From Somniosus microcephalus (taxonomy: Eukaryota): a stretch of DNA of 64,000 nucleotides. A program made the translations under genes and the position numbers. Of the stretch, positions 1-13,300 are shown one piece after another (the stretch's first letter is position 1; each line of letters begins with the position of its first letter). The notes under the pieces are model-generated. The model saw nothing but the letters and a program-made list of their open reading frames with translations, was not told the origin of the DNA and did no database searches. Location of the stretch: positions 187,798,001-187,862,000 of the forward strand of contig CM126212.1 in the NCBI GenBank assembly GCA_052327205.1, read 5' to 3'.

Positions 1-1240
1 TACAGATATAGTGTCAGACTGTTTTTCATCATGAATCCATTTTAATCTGCAATGAAGTATTCTGAATAATTTCATTGCATATATTAACCATCTATGATTT
101 GACAGTCATTTGAGTTGTAAAGATTACAATAATCTTCTGTTTTATTGATGCCATTAACTTGATATAAACAATACATTTTGCATATTAAAATGTAATCTGT
201 ATGCATTTAAAATGATTCCACTCGATATCACTACTTCCTTCCGTTGATTGTATTATCTTTTGCCTTTTTGTCCCTCCTTCACACACGTTAGTCCCCATAA
301 CCGTACTAATAAATTTGATCGGATATATGGAATAGACCAACACAGATGTTGTCAGTGCAGCTCCTCAGTCAATCCACCAGGAGGTGCACTTGAGCAAAAA
401 AGATCGACATTCAGGTATCCCAGCCTAGTCTGGAATTCCTTCATCCCCCCGCCCCCACCCCGGGCTGCTCAATATCAAAGTTATTGATATGTCCATGTCT
501 TGCCAGTTTATTTGGGCACTTTATATATTTCTAAATAATTAATTTTGAAAGTGCAAATAAGAAACAAAAATATGATACCCAATCTACACATTCACCAACA
601 TTGTTTGAAATCTGGTTTCAGTACAGTTTCCCAGGCCTTATTATGGTTCTAATCTTAGTTTTACACCAGCATATCACTTTTAAGTCTGATTCTATTATAA
701 AACAATTGTGATCTCATTTTTGTGATGTACAGCCTGTACTTTTTCAAATAAAATATTCTCGCTTAGCTCCTCAGAATTAAAATTTGATATGAAAACTGGT
801 GTGACTAAAACGGACCAACAATGGAAACAACATCTGTTTTATTAGTTTTTACAGTACCTAGAAGCAAAACAATCCTTAAATAAAATCTGAACTAGAATTG
901 CATTCTGTGGAATGGCAGAATCTATTGTGAAAAATAATCATACAGTAAAAATATGTTAATTAGTTATCAGTACACTTAGTATGGTACTTAGTTGGAAATA
1001 GGGGTATGTGCAGTGTGCATTATATTTTACATTTAGGTTGTACTGGAATTTAATATAATATTCGAGGGATAAAATCTATTGCATGAAAAGTTTTTGGAAA
1101 GCAAAAAATGAATCAAGCCCAGGGTAGTTAGGGGGGTAAATAATCCTAAAAAGCTTGCTTGCTCAGTTTATCTGCTCAATTGACAGCTTTGAAATCTTTC
1201 TCTAAGTATACTCTTTTCTGTATATGTGCCTGGCAAACAG

Positions 1241-1377
1241 ATGCAGACAGAGCGCAGAAGCATGGGATGGATGAATTTATCTCTGCCAATCCTTGTATGT
1301 TTGATCACGCTACACTCTTTGAAACACTACAAAGGCTGACTCTGGACCACAGACTTAATGATTCCTATTCATGTTTG
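1241..1377 (+). CDS. CADPS: CADPS exon ([46 protein letters not shown])
   Basis: Acceptor aacag at 1236-1240; non-canonical donor TTG|gcaagt; 137 nt, phase 1 to 0. Confidence 0.93.
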
Positions 1378-4300
1378 GCAAGTATATTACTCATTTATAA
1401 AATTATAACGCTTTCGAAAACAATGGGAGAATTATTTGAGCTGACATATTTGTCATTCTATTTTAAATAGACATAAAAGACCAAAAAGTATACACTGAGG
1501 TGGAACAGCTAATATTACATATATTAACATACTGGCAACACAAACATTACTTCGTAAGTCTTAGGAGATTTCAGTTCTGCTTCATGAAACTAATGCCATT
1601 CATTTTTGCTGTAGATTTCTACACTTAAGGCCTGGACTTTCCTTCATTATCCCACCCCAGGTTGGGAGGCATAGTGGTGGAAATAGAGGGGCGAATAGGG
1701 GCACTTACCGCTGCCTCTCCGCCCGGACCTTCATTACACTTCACCACCCCACCGGGACAGCCATTGGCTGCTCTTCCCTGTTTGCTGCATGCAAAAGCCG
1801 TCAGGGAGGCAGGGCCCAGGTTGGCAGTGTATTTACCTCCCATCCGCCACTCGTACCACTGCTTCCCCAGGACCACCAGGTAAAGCCTGGCGGTACTCTC
1901 CAGGCTAGCGGCGGGAAGGCCTGGAGGAATCCTGATAGAGGGAGGTGCCGAGTAATGGCTCCTCTCTCGCTCTGTTTTTCTCTTATTTTCTCACTAGCTG
2001 AAAGCCTGAGTCTTGACCATGAACTTTAGTAGACGATTTTCTGCAGTCTTCTGCCTATTTAAACTGGCCTCTCGCCTCTCAGTTGCTGCAGTGGCAGTCT
2101 GCCATGAATACTTAATGACCCTGACCCAGCAAATTGCGCCTGGGTCTTGGCAGGGCTGGGGCAGTGGGTGGAAGTCCTGGTTGTCCCTGTAGGGGCAGAT
2201 TAAAGAAATTCCAACACAAAATCTTTGCTTACATCATGCTCATATAGTATAACAAAGTAGCAAAATATTTCTTAAAAATATAATTGTGTTTAAAAGTTTA
2301 ATGTGCAAGCTGACATTCTAAATGGTTCTCTCTCCTCAGCCACTGCACCCTCCATTTAAAAAGTGATGTCATCAGCACCTCTTCAAAAGATCCATCCTTG
2401 CACCCTCTGTCCTTGAAAACTATCACCCCATCTTCAACCTCCCTTTCCTCTCTAAAGTCCTTAAACATGTTATTGCTTTCCAGGCCTGTCTCCATCTCTC
2501 CTGTAACTCTTCCACTCCTCCCACGGCACCTAAACGACACCTAATGAACTAAAAAAGCTGTGACTGTGACCGTGAAGTGTTATTCCTCTTTCACCTATCT
2601 GAAGCCTCTGACATGGTCAGCCACGACATCTTCCTCCACTGCCTCCTTTGTTGTCAGCTAAGTGGGACTGCAATTGCTTGGTTCCACTCTTACCTATCCA
2701 ATCATAGCCACAGCATCTCTACCAAAGGCTTCTCTTCCCACCACTGCACTGTAATCTCTGGATTCTCCCTATGATCCATCCTTGACCCCCTTCTCTTCCT
2801 CAAATACATGCTACCCTTTGGTGACATCATCTGTAGATATGGGCCTTGATTTTAACTCCTCACTGACTTATATTAGCTCCCAGTTCCGCAATGTGTCAAA
2901 TTTCAAATTATGTTTCATGATTTGAAATCCTCCGTGACTTCACCTCTCTCTATCTCTGTAACCTTCTCCACCACTACAGTGTCCCGCTGAACTCTCCATT
3001 CCTCTGACACTGGCCTCTTCTGCATCCTCCCTTCCTGTCATCCCATCATTGGCGGATGCGCCTTGAGTCCCCTAGGCCCCATGACCTGAGAACCCCTTCC
3101 TGAACCTCTCTCTCCTCCTTTAGGACCTATCCTTAAAACCTATTTCTTGTTCCAAGCTTTTGGTCATCCCTCCTAATATGTTTTTTCAACTCTCCATCCA
3201 TTTTTTCCTCATGTTTCTGTAAAGAATTTTGGAACGATTTTCTACATTAATGGGCTATATAAAAAGGTGTTAAATAAAAACAGAAAATGCTGGAGAAACT
3301 CAGCAGGTCCGGCACCATCTGTGAAGAGAGAAACAGAGTTAGCGTTTCAGGTCGATGACCTTTCGTCAGAACTGGAAAAAAGCAGGAAATGGAACAGATT
3401 TTTAAGCAAGTGAAGAGGCTGGGAAATGGGGGAGGGGATGAAAGGTGTTAACTTTGGTAGCACTCTTGGTTACGGGTTCAAGAGCCAGTCCCAAGACGTG
3501 TGCACATAATCTAGCCTGATACTTCAGTTTAGTACTAAGGGAGTGCTGGGGTGTTAGAGGTGCCATCCTACAGATGGGATGTTAAACCAAGGCCCTGTCT
3601 ACCCTCTCAGGTGGGCATAAAACATCCCATGACCAGAGCAAGGGTGTTTCCCCAATGTCCTGCCCAACATTTATCCCTCAACCACCACCACCACTAAAAC
3701 AGACTAGTTGGTCATTTATCTCATTGCTGTCTGTGGGAACTAGCTGTGTGCATATTGGTTGCTACTTTTGCGTACAGTATGACAGTATTTCATTGACTAT
3801 GAAGTTGCTTTGGAACGTCCTGAGGACATGAAAGCCACTGTATAATGCAAGTTCTTTCTTAAATGAAAGAAAGAAAGACTTGCATTTATATAGCGCCTTT
3901 CACGACCACCGGACATCTCAAAGTGCTTTACAGCCAATTTACAGCCAAATGCAACTTCTTGTTGTTGTTGCTGTGTGTATTCATTATTTATACTTCTAGT
4001 GTACTGATTTTGTCACTCAGATTACTAAAAGTACTACAGTATAGCCTTTACTTATAGTGAATAAAATCAGTATATTTATCAATTCACTGGACCTGGGTTT
4101 GAGTCGAGCCCAGACTATTGGAATTAAAGAGGGTAACTTTCAATTGCCAGATGCCTGTTTTTCACCTGAAAATCAAGGGGGCACTTTGGCCACCTCATGG
4201 GTGCAAATTTTCAGGGGTCTTGTAGATGGGCGAGCAGCACACCTGTCTGTTTCCAGCGGGATGGTGCTTAAATATGCAAATTGGGACCCTACTTTTAATT

Positions 4301-7300
4301 TCGAGTACAAATGGGCAGAGCATGAACTATGCACATTGTGCCCATTTGTACCAGGCGGTGAGCGGCCTAACCAATGATCCATATAGGGACCACCAGTAGC
4401 CACTCCACAAAAGGCCCAGAGTGGGTGGGATTTTTTGTCGGGCTAGGAAGAGCACTCCCGCTCCTCCTGGCTCCACAAAATTGCCGGCCCATGGGCACCC
4501 TCCTCGGGATCGTCTTTCTCTTCCCTCCCAGGCCCGATCTGCTGGCCTGCTTAGTGTAGGAGCCAGCTGCCTTCCTGCTCTCCCTCAAACGATGAGCTGC
4601 AGCAAAGCACTCGTTTGTTGCCCACATCTCGGCAGATACATTCAAATGAGGCCCAAGCCTGAAAATAGTTTGGGTCTCCTGACGCTGAATACAGGCTGTA
4701 CCTACCTGATGCCCACTTCAGGCAGAAGTCGAAAATCCCCCCCACCCACCATACACAAAAGCTCCAATTTTAACTCCAGGCGGATTCCCCTCTCAGGCCC
4801 AAGTTAAAATTACAGTTGGGTCTCAATGATGTCATCGGGCCGCAACATGCATCTGTAAAGAAGGACCCTGTTGGCTCCGGGCGCGTGTCCTTGCTGCCCG
4901 CTCAGGAGAGTGGGTTAAAATTGCAGATGTTGCGATCATGGCGGCTTTTGGACAAGTAAGAGCTGGGGCGATTTTAACTACCCACCCGCCAGGTTTCTGC
5001 TGAGTGAGTAGGGTTAAAATCGCCCCCTCTTCTCTGCCAGCTGTAATCTCCTGGAATTTGGGCAGTCTCAATCCAGTGGGTACAGGTCCACAGAACAAAA
5101 CTGCTCATAATTTGTTACAAGTTTGCACCTATTTGTCATCTCAAAGTAGAAGAGTAAAAGGAGCTTCATTTTACAAATGGCTTTGCCATAACAGAGCTTA
5201 CAATGCTTGATACTCAAAATGAGAAATTGTTCCATTCCGAGCAGCAAATCCCTCACGTTGATGAACACAAAATTCCCCCCCAAAAGGTGTTGCATTTTAC
5301 TTGCAGCACACTATTCCAGATGCTGAGATTTAATTTTACTATAAGCTTTCATAAAAGCTTCTGTTCAATAAATGTTTCTGTTTTCTAATGTAGGTTTCTG
5401 AATGATATTTTAAATGGTATATTAATTATCATTACAACTATTTATTGATTCACATGTCTACTGTAATATAAATAGTGTTCCAGAGAGTCATTTAATAACA
5501 TCAAATCTGTTTACAAAACCTTTTCTGAAAGATTTTGATTTTCTATTCCACAGGGCTGGTTTAGCCCTGGCCAGGTGTTCGTGCTGGATGAATACTGTGC
5601 ACGTTATGGAACCAGAGGCTGTCACAGACATCTCTGCTACCTCAATGATTTGCTTGAAAGGGCAGAAAATGGAGCAATGATTGACCCAACCCTGCTTCAC
5701 TACAGCTTTGCCTTCTGCGCTTCACATGTTCATGGCAACAGGTAGAGTTCAGTAACAATGTAACGTAAGAGACCATAGTCATTCTGATGAACAAAACAGC
5801 GGGCTTTGTATTAGCCTTATGCCAGAGAGATAAACATTTACATTCCAATATTTGTCAGCGTTAGACAAGAAGAAAATTAATTCCTGAGAACACAAGAGGC
5901 TCTTTTCCATTCAGTGGTTGTACTCATGTTTTGCATTCCCCACTGACACATAACATGGTACAAGTACAGAAATACCCTTCTCATTGTCTTTGTTTTATTT
6001 CCAAACAATATGTTTCTCAGACATGCGACCTGTATGTATTATCCATGTTGTTTAAAGTATTACATGGAGGTGACACTACCCAAATCAAACAGTAGAAGAT
6101 TCACTTAAAGTATGGAATGTTCATATGGTGGGAACAAATCCCATAAATAGAGCACATTATAGGCAAGTATGCAGACATCTCTGATGCTGTGTTGAAGTGT
6201 ACAAGCATATGTTCATAGTGTAGGCTGCACAGTACAATAGAAAATGTTCTTTTTATAGAAAGATTGTTATAAGAATTTGAAGTTGGTGATCTCTCACATG
6301 CTGCAATTTAGAAGAATCAGCACACACTCCCAACATGATAGATAAACGATGTTTCAGTGGCATATTCTAAAATACTCTCTGTATGGAGCCATGTCACTTT
6401 TTATTTAAGCATAATTAAGTTCCATTTGGAGTTACTGAACACTTCATGTAAACTAATGCTTCGGGATATGCCGGCTGATTCTGCAGAAGATATATATTTC
6501 ATTTCGGTTGGATTTTTTTTACAGGTGTAACTCTGGTATTAGAAGTGCTTTTGGTGGCTTCTGGTTTCCACTCATTTATTCATTATTCCTTTCTCATGTT
6601 TTCTTTAGTTTGTTGTACTTTGATTTTTCTTTATTTCTTTCATGCTTCCTTGGTTCTGTTTCTGGCTCTCTACAAACCAACCATCTTTTTAAAGTGTGAA
6701 AGTGCCAGAATTACTTGTGTCACAGCCAAGTGTAGATGGTGAGGGGGACAAATCACTCAATCCCTCAGCAAATGAGCCAGAGAGTGACCCAAAAAAGGAC
6801 AGAAAGGACTCTAGAAAAGGTTCTAAAAAGGAATCCAAGTTGCAACCAAAACCGGAGCCAAAAAGGTAAGTGCCCTTTTGTGCACAGTTAAAGGTGGTGT
6901 TAAGTGAATAGGAAAAGCTGCACTAGTTTACATAGTAACGATGGTAGCAAATATGAGCAGAAGACGTGGCAGCAGGTACCTCTATATGCGTATGTTTTCT
7001 TTCCTGTCCGTATTGATTTTTTTCTTTATTTCCATTCTTTAATTTCCTCCTCCCCTTGCACTACACTATATATCAAGACGATGACCAAGAGATCTTTTCC
7101 AAGACCTCTGCTATTCTTGCTCTGTAGCTGGCCTTAAGGAGGTGTGTGATTAGTCCCTAATTCACTTGACCTCCAATTCTTTGATTCTCCTTGTGGGTAG
7201 ATGCCTCATTTTTGTGCTGTGCTTAGCTCTGACAGTTGACATCTCAGAGTTGCTATGTAAAGAATTACAAAGGCAAAGCATATCCCAACATAGCAAATTG

Positions 7301-10300
7301 GTACACCAATTCCCTAAGTCTCTAAACCACCCAAGCAGTTATGTTGACGCATTCCTTATTCACTTTTACATATGTCTAACATCACTTAGTGTTTGATATG
7401 TTGTGTTATATAAAAAGTGCTCTTGAAGGATACCTACATAGGATAAAGAAAACCTCTTGTAACTGAAGTCTGTACTGTTGAAGTAACACATCCAAAGCTA
7501 GCTAGAAAGGTCAACAAGCCAGCTTCACGTGTCACTGTTTTACAAGTGATCCTTTGCATAAATGCATCATAAAAAGTTAGAACAATTATGAGATGCCATG
7601 TTCGCAAAAACATGGACTTAAAACAGAAACACTGATGTTAATGTGGAAGAAAAATGTGTAGGTACTAGAAATGGAGCAAAGTCATATCTGAATATTAGCC
7701 TTTAACCAGTAACCTATGTCTTATTTAATCATCGTGCTGGTATCCATGGTCATGAGTACCTGTGCATATAGAGATTCACAGAAGTAAATGACAGGTAACA
7801 TTTGGTAGTCAAACTTAAAACTTAAAATCATAAGAAATAGTAATTTTAAAATTGAGATCATTAGAATACATCTAAGAAAGCAAAAAGTTGTTATTCAAGC
7901 ATCTGATGGCTTCAGTTGAAATAGAAATGTAGCCATTTATATTAAAATAAACAGGGTCAAATGTAGGTCTAACTGCATGTAGATTTTAATATGTGCTAGG
8001 GATAAACATTATCTTTTCATGTGGTGGAGTTGCAGTAAGTTGTCTGTTTGTATTGTGTTATTATTGGGTCAGACAGTGAGACAACAGTAGCTTGCAGTCA
8101 GTCAGAGAGTAGAGAGCGAATGTGATTCAGATGTTACAGGACAGCCTGAAGGTCAAGACTGACAGAATGACAAGCTGTCACCAAGAAGAGACTAACTAGC
8201 TGGTGTCCTAGGTTCCAGTACACTGAAATGGTCTTGCTATCTGATCAATGTCAATGTAGAAAGTAACAAAGGTTTCTGTACAAAAAATGTATTATTATTT
8301 ACAAACCTTATATGACATATTAAAATTATTTGACCTATGCGATGCAAAGGGTTTACATGCATACTTTTTTGGGGGAGAGCGTTTAGAAAATTGAAAAGAA
8401 ATGGGTACATTTAAAATTAGGAAACACAGTAACTATTATGAATGGAGCAGACAAACAATGAAATTAATATTGTTTTAAAAAGTAATATTTCATAACTTCA
8501 TTTAAATCACCTATACAGAAACATTTTTGTAGCATATTCCAATGTAAGACAGTTGCAAATCTGTGTAAAAAGTATTTCCCCATTCCTTTTATATGAATAA
8601 TAAATATTGACAGTAGCTCGAATGATGTATAGTATTTTGTTTTACTATTGCACTACTTTAGTTTTTAAAATTCAGATTTAATTCTTATCATTAAACCAGA
8701 TTTTTATATAATCAAACCAACTCTGCACCCTCAAACACATTAAATTTCTCTTTCTAATTTGCCAATCATTTTGTAAGAAAGATCCACTAAGCCACGAAAG
8801 ATATAAAAAGTAACGTAGCAGGGGCTTGGTTATTTGTAAATTTTGATAAAAAACATTGGAAATTTTATTATTTGTGACATGGCCCAAGATAGGAGACTGT
8901 GAGGAGAGTGAAGCTGACAGAACTGGTGCTAACCACTGTGATAAAGACTTGAAAAGCAACCAACATGACATGTTTCCTATCACGCTGCCGAAAATGTCAT
9001 CTTTGTGAACGACAGTGAGAAAATGGTTTGCCGAAGTTTTGAAAGGTAGAGTCGAAAGATGCTCATCATGTCAGATGTAATATAGTGCGCAGCTGTTTGA
9101 GAAAGGAAATCCTAGTGGCCATGACGGGTTTCAGTTGGCAGGCCCTCCGAGACATTGAAACCACTCCAAAAGTGGCTACAATTGACCTGTGGATTGTACT
9201 ACTCTTGTAGTCAAATACTCGGCTCCCATCACTAGTTCTGCCACATAATAGCTGGCTGTTCACATCTGCTTTGGGGAAAAAAGCTTGGATTTCTACAATT
9301 ATTATAAACAATTAGAATTTAAAAAAGGAATCTAGTTTAAGATTTTGATGCATTTATGTTTTACTTTCCTTTATTAACACACAGAGTCCCTTTTAAATGT
9401 ACTGTGGAGATAGTAGCTTGACTGTTTTAAGAAAGAAAATCCAGTCTAGTCTTTCCATTTTCTGAACAATACCATAAATGTCATTTTGTGTTAAATGTTC
9501 ATCACAGCTTTGATCTCAGGTACCCAAATGTTCTGTAACTGAATGTGCTGGGAGGGATTTCCATTGCACTGTAAGATTAAAGCAAATGTACACTAGGTAC
9601 AGTTAATATTTCCAGTGTGCAAATATTGATTCTTTTTTGTAGGTGATAGTCCATTTTCATTAATATCTTAGTACTGTAACGCTTTAATAATTAGCACTTT
9701 ATTAGCAGATGAGAATTCCAAATCTCAAACCAAAGGTTTCGTTTAATGATTTAAAGATCTCATCTTTTTCTATTTGAATAAAAAAGAAATGCATCACATG
9801 GCACTTTTAACAGTAGAAGGGATGCGTATTCAGAGTTGTAAAGCCTTTATTCCAACATGTATATTTTTTGGTTTGTTTCGACAAACATCATTGAAAGGTC
9901 TTGAAAGCATAAGGCATATTTATAATGTTATATTCACACTGAGATTTATTTTTACTGTATTTTAAAAGGGCGTAGCTTCTTACAATAAGCTTCACCAAAA
10001 TAAGTGTAAAAAGAATTTGCTCTCCGAGCTCTAGAATAGGATTTCATGTGGGATGATTTGTCGTATTAACAGCTTTCTATCTTATTGGTCACTGCAGCAC
10101 TGCAGTATAGATTGTAATTTCTGAGCCTAAGGTCACAATTGATGCTTGCAAATAAAGAGAAATAAAGCTGACCAATTAACCCCTGACAGGAGGTTTATTA
10201 GAGGTTCTGTAATCCCTTATCATGCTTTTGTGTTGCCAAACAGGCTGGTGCTGGGGATTTGCACAGCTTAAAGTGTACACTGAAGGAGGCCTATGGAAAA

Positions 10301-13300
10301 GGACTGTTTATTCTATTCACAGTCGACTCACACTACAGAAAGGGAGACTGAGCTAGTGTAGACTGGATAGTAAAATACAAATCCCTCTACTTTGCTTTTG
10401 ACTGAAGAACCTGGTAATGTTGTTTGTCTGGGCTGTTGCTTCCTTTCGTGAAAGGATTAGGTCGGCCTCTTTCCCTCTTATTATGGATTATTGGCTGGTG
10501 TAAATATTCAGGAACTATCCATATTGTTTAGCCTGAAGTTGTGAAATAATAAGGAAATGCTTATTTGTGCAGGACTGAATTTGTTCTCTTTTATAAAACA
10601 CACTTCATCCAAAACTTAAGCCATATGGGAAATAGCCTGGGAAAAGCAACCTTCTCGTAGTTTTAATGATATGTTCCCTGCTTACTAAGTGGAAGAGGTC
10701 AAAAAGTGGCACTGAGTATTTAACGCAAAGATATTTGAATTGTGCAATGAAGATTTTTTTTTAAACCTTCAGTTTGTCATCTTTAAAATCCATGAACAAA
10801 TGTAAGGCAAAAATGCAGATTTTCAGTTTTTACATTTTTTGCTCTTTTTAATTCAATGAAGATGAAATACACCCTTTAGATAGCTTAGATGCAAAATTTT
10901 ATATTCACAGTTTACAGCAGCACAAAGTATGCTTAAAGCACTTCTGTTAGTGCTATCATAATAGTATGACAATGTTCCAGTAGTGTGACTGCAGGTTAGC
11001 CTCTGCAGCAAGGATGATTTCTTACGGTGTAAAACTGGGAAGGAATGGCACCGTCAATAGAAAAGAAAGTTATTTTATGTCAGCATGCTTTTCTCATCAG
11101 AAAATGGGCCAAACTTACAGCCCTGCCACCCAGCGGGCCAGGGCACTAGCGGCCTGAAAGTGGAGCGTAGTAGCTTACCGCCAAGTTGACCATTGCCGTT
11201 TTGCTGGGGTCCTTTGAGTAGGTGGCACAAAGAAAACACAAAGAGCTGATTTAAATATTTAAATCAGGGTCTTATGATGGCAATAGGATTCTGATGCCAG
11301 TTCTGGACTGCACTGGGCACGACGTATCAGCTGGAGGCTGGGCCAACGAGGAGACGAAAGGTAAGTTCGGCTATATCTTTGTGGAGTCAGGAGGAGCAGG
11401 AATGCTCCTCCAGACTTCATAAAACCAGGCTGGGCCGCTGGTGTTCTCCCTTCCCCCCACCCCCTCCTTCCCCAATATCAGGCTAGTATATTACCCCCAT
11501 TCCCATGTGCCCCAACAAAATTAGGGCTCAAGGGATTGGGGGTAATATACTAGCATGGATTGAGGATTGGTTAATGGACAGAAAACAGAGAGTAGGAATA
11601 AGCGGGTCATTTTCGAGTTGGCAGGCTGTAATTAATGGGGTACCGCAAGGATCAGTGCTTGGGCCTCAGCTATTCACAATTTATATCAATGATTTGGATA
11701 AGGGGACCAAATATAATGGGCTTGATTTTAACTCAGCCGTCAGGCGGGCTTTGAGGCATGTGGAGAGTTAAAATCGCAAAACCTGGGGGTCGGGACTGTA
11801 GTGTATGTAACCGTCTACCTTTAAGAGACTATTGTATGTAACCGTTCACCTTTAAGAGAACTATTTTAGGTGTGGCACTACTTGTTTGGCTTCTGTATAC
11901 GGTAATACCGACGGTGACCACACCGGTATATAAGTGCTGTGGCATGATTTATAGGGCAGATTCGCCCTGACCTTCGAATAGTAAAGTCCTGTTTGTTTGT
12001 TACTCCTGAAGTCTGTGTCGTTATTAACTGCACAACCCACAGACTTTACAGTGGCGATGAGTCCGATCGTACCCTGTGGCAAGACTACCAAAGCAACTAA
12101 AGAGCGTCGAAGAGAGGCAACCGCCCTCGTCGTTCTGCTGGGAGAAAACACGAGGCTGCAGCAATAGAAAGGAGGAAGACTTTAGCAACAAAAGCTTCCA
12201 TCAGCAACAGGCACTGACTGTCCCTTCTGCCACGGTGCGGAGTGAGCCGATCAGCAGGAAGCAAGGCGGCCACGGAGACTGTGAGTAAGGGAAAGTGTAA
12301 AGAATATCCGGAGGATAAGGGCTGTGCACTCGACCACGGTCGAGGGGGAAAGGAGCTGGACGGAAAGTCGGGTCCAACGGCGTCGTGAGACAGCCAGACC
12401 GCGATCGGCGGGAAAGCCGGGCAGCGACCGAAGCCACGAAGCGCTGAGATCGGGAGCGTAGGCGCGGGAAGAGAGAAACTCAGCCGCAGCCGGGGAGGGA
12501 AGCACCGGACTGCGAGAGGGCTGGGAGGCGAATGGGAACCGAGCGTGCGGGAGAAACAGAGCCGACCAAGGGAGACTGTGCGAGAGCCAGTCCAGCGGCG
12601 AACTGTTCTCCGCCAACGGGAGTACCCAGCGCTGGTAGAGCCGAGCGGGCGGGAGAGAGAGAGACAGAGCCGAGCAAGGGGAGAGAGACTGCGCGAGAGC
12701 CAGTCCAGCGGCTGAACTGTTCTCCGTCAACGGGGTGTACCCAGAGCTGGTAGAGCCGTGCGAGCGGGAGAGAGAGACAGAGCCGAGTAAGGGGAACTGT
12801 GCGAGAGCCAGCCCAGCGGCTGAACCTGTCCGCTGTGGGGAAAGCGTACCCCTCCCACCAGGGAAGAAACGCGGGAAGCCGCCATTAGGCGGAGAAGACG
12901 ACAGACGCGGGAAACCGCCATTTTCACGGGAAAAGCCGCCATCTTAGAAAAAAAAAGAAATAATAATTTAAAGAAATACTTGTGTTGTTCCCAAAGAGAG
13001 GAAGATGCCTAAGCGTGGTAACATCAACGATTTTAATTCCGAGATAGAAGACTGGGCCACGTACGTGGAACGCATTGAGATCTATTGTGAGGCCAATAAA
13101 ATAGAAGAAGATGACAAAGCTATAACCTTGCTGAACTCGATGGGCGCAAAGACATACGGGCTCTTGAAGCATCTACTAGCACCAGCTAAACCGGCGGATC
13201 AGACTTTCGATGATATTGTGGCTGTCCTGAAGGACCACTTGAACCCTACACCGTTGATGTTGGCTGAACGATTCAAATTCTATGCGAGAACGCAACGGAA

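Noticed and set aside
6526-6536. Possible microexon (acag|GTGTAACTCTG|gtatta)
   Set aside because: 11 nt would shift the frame, and I recall no CADPS counterpart.
12076-12947. Overlapping short ORFs in the LTR element's leader
   Set aside because: Produced by GC-rich tandem repeats; separated from gag by stops (TAG at 12945, TAA nearby); no recognisable motifs.
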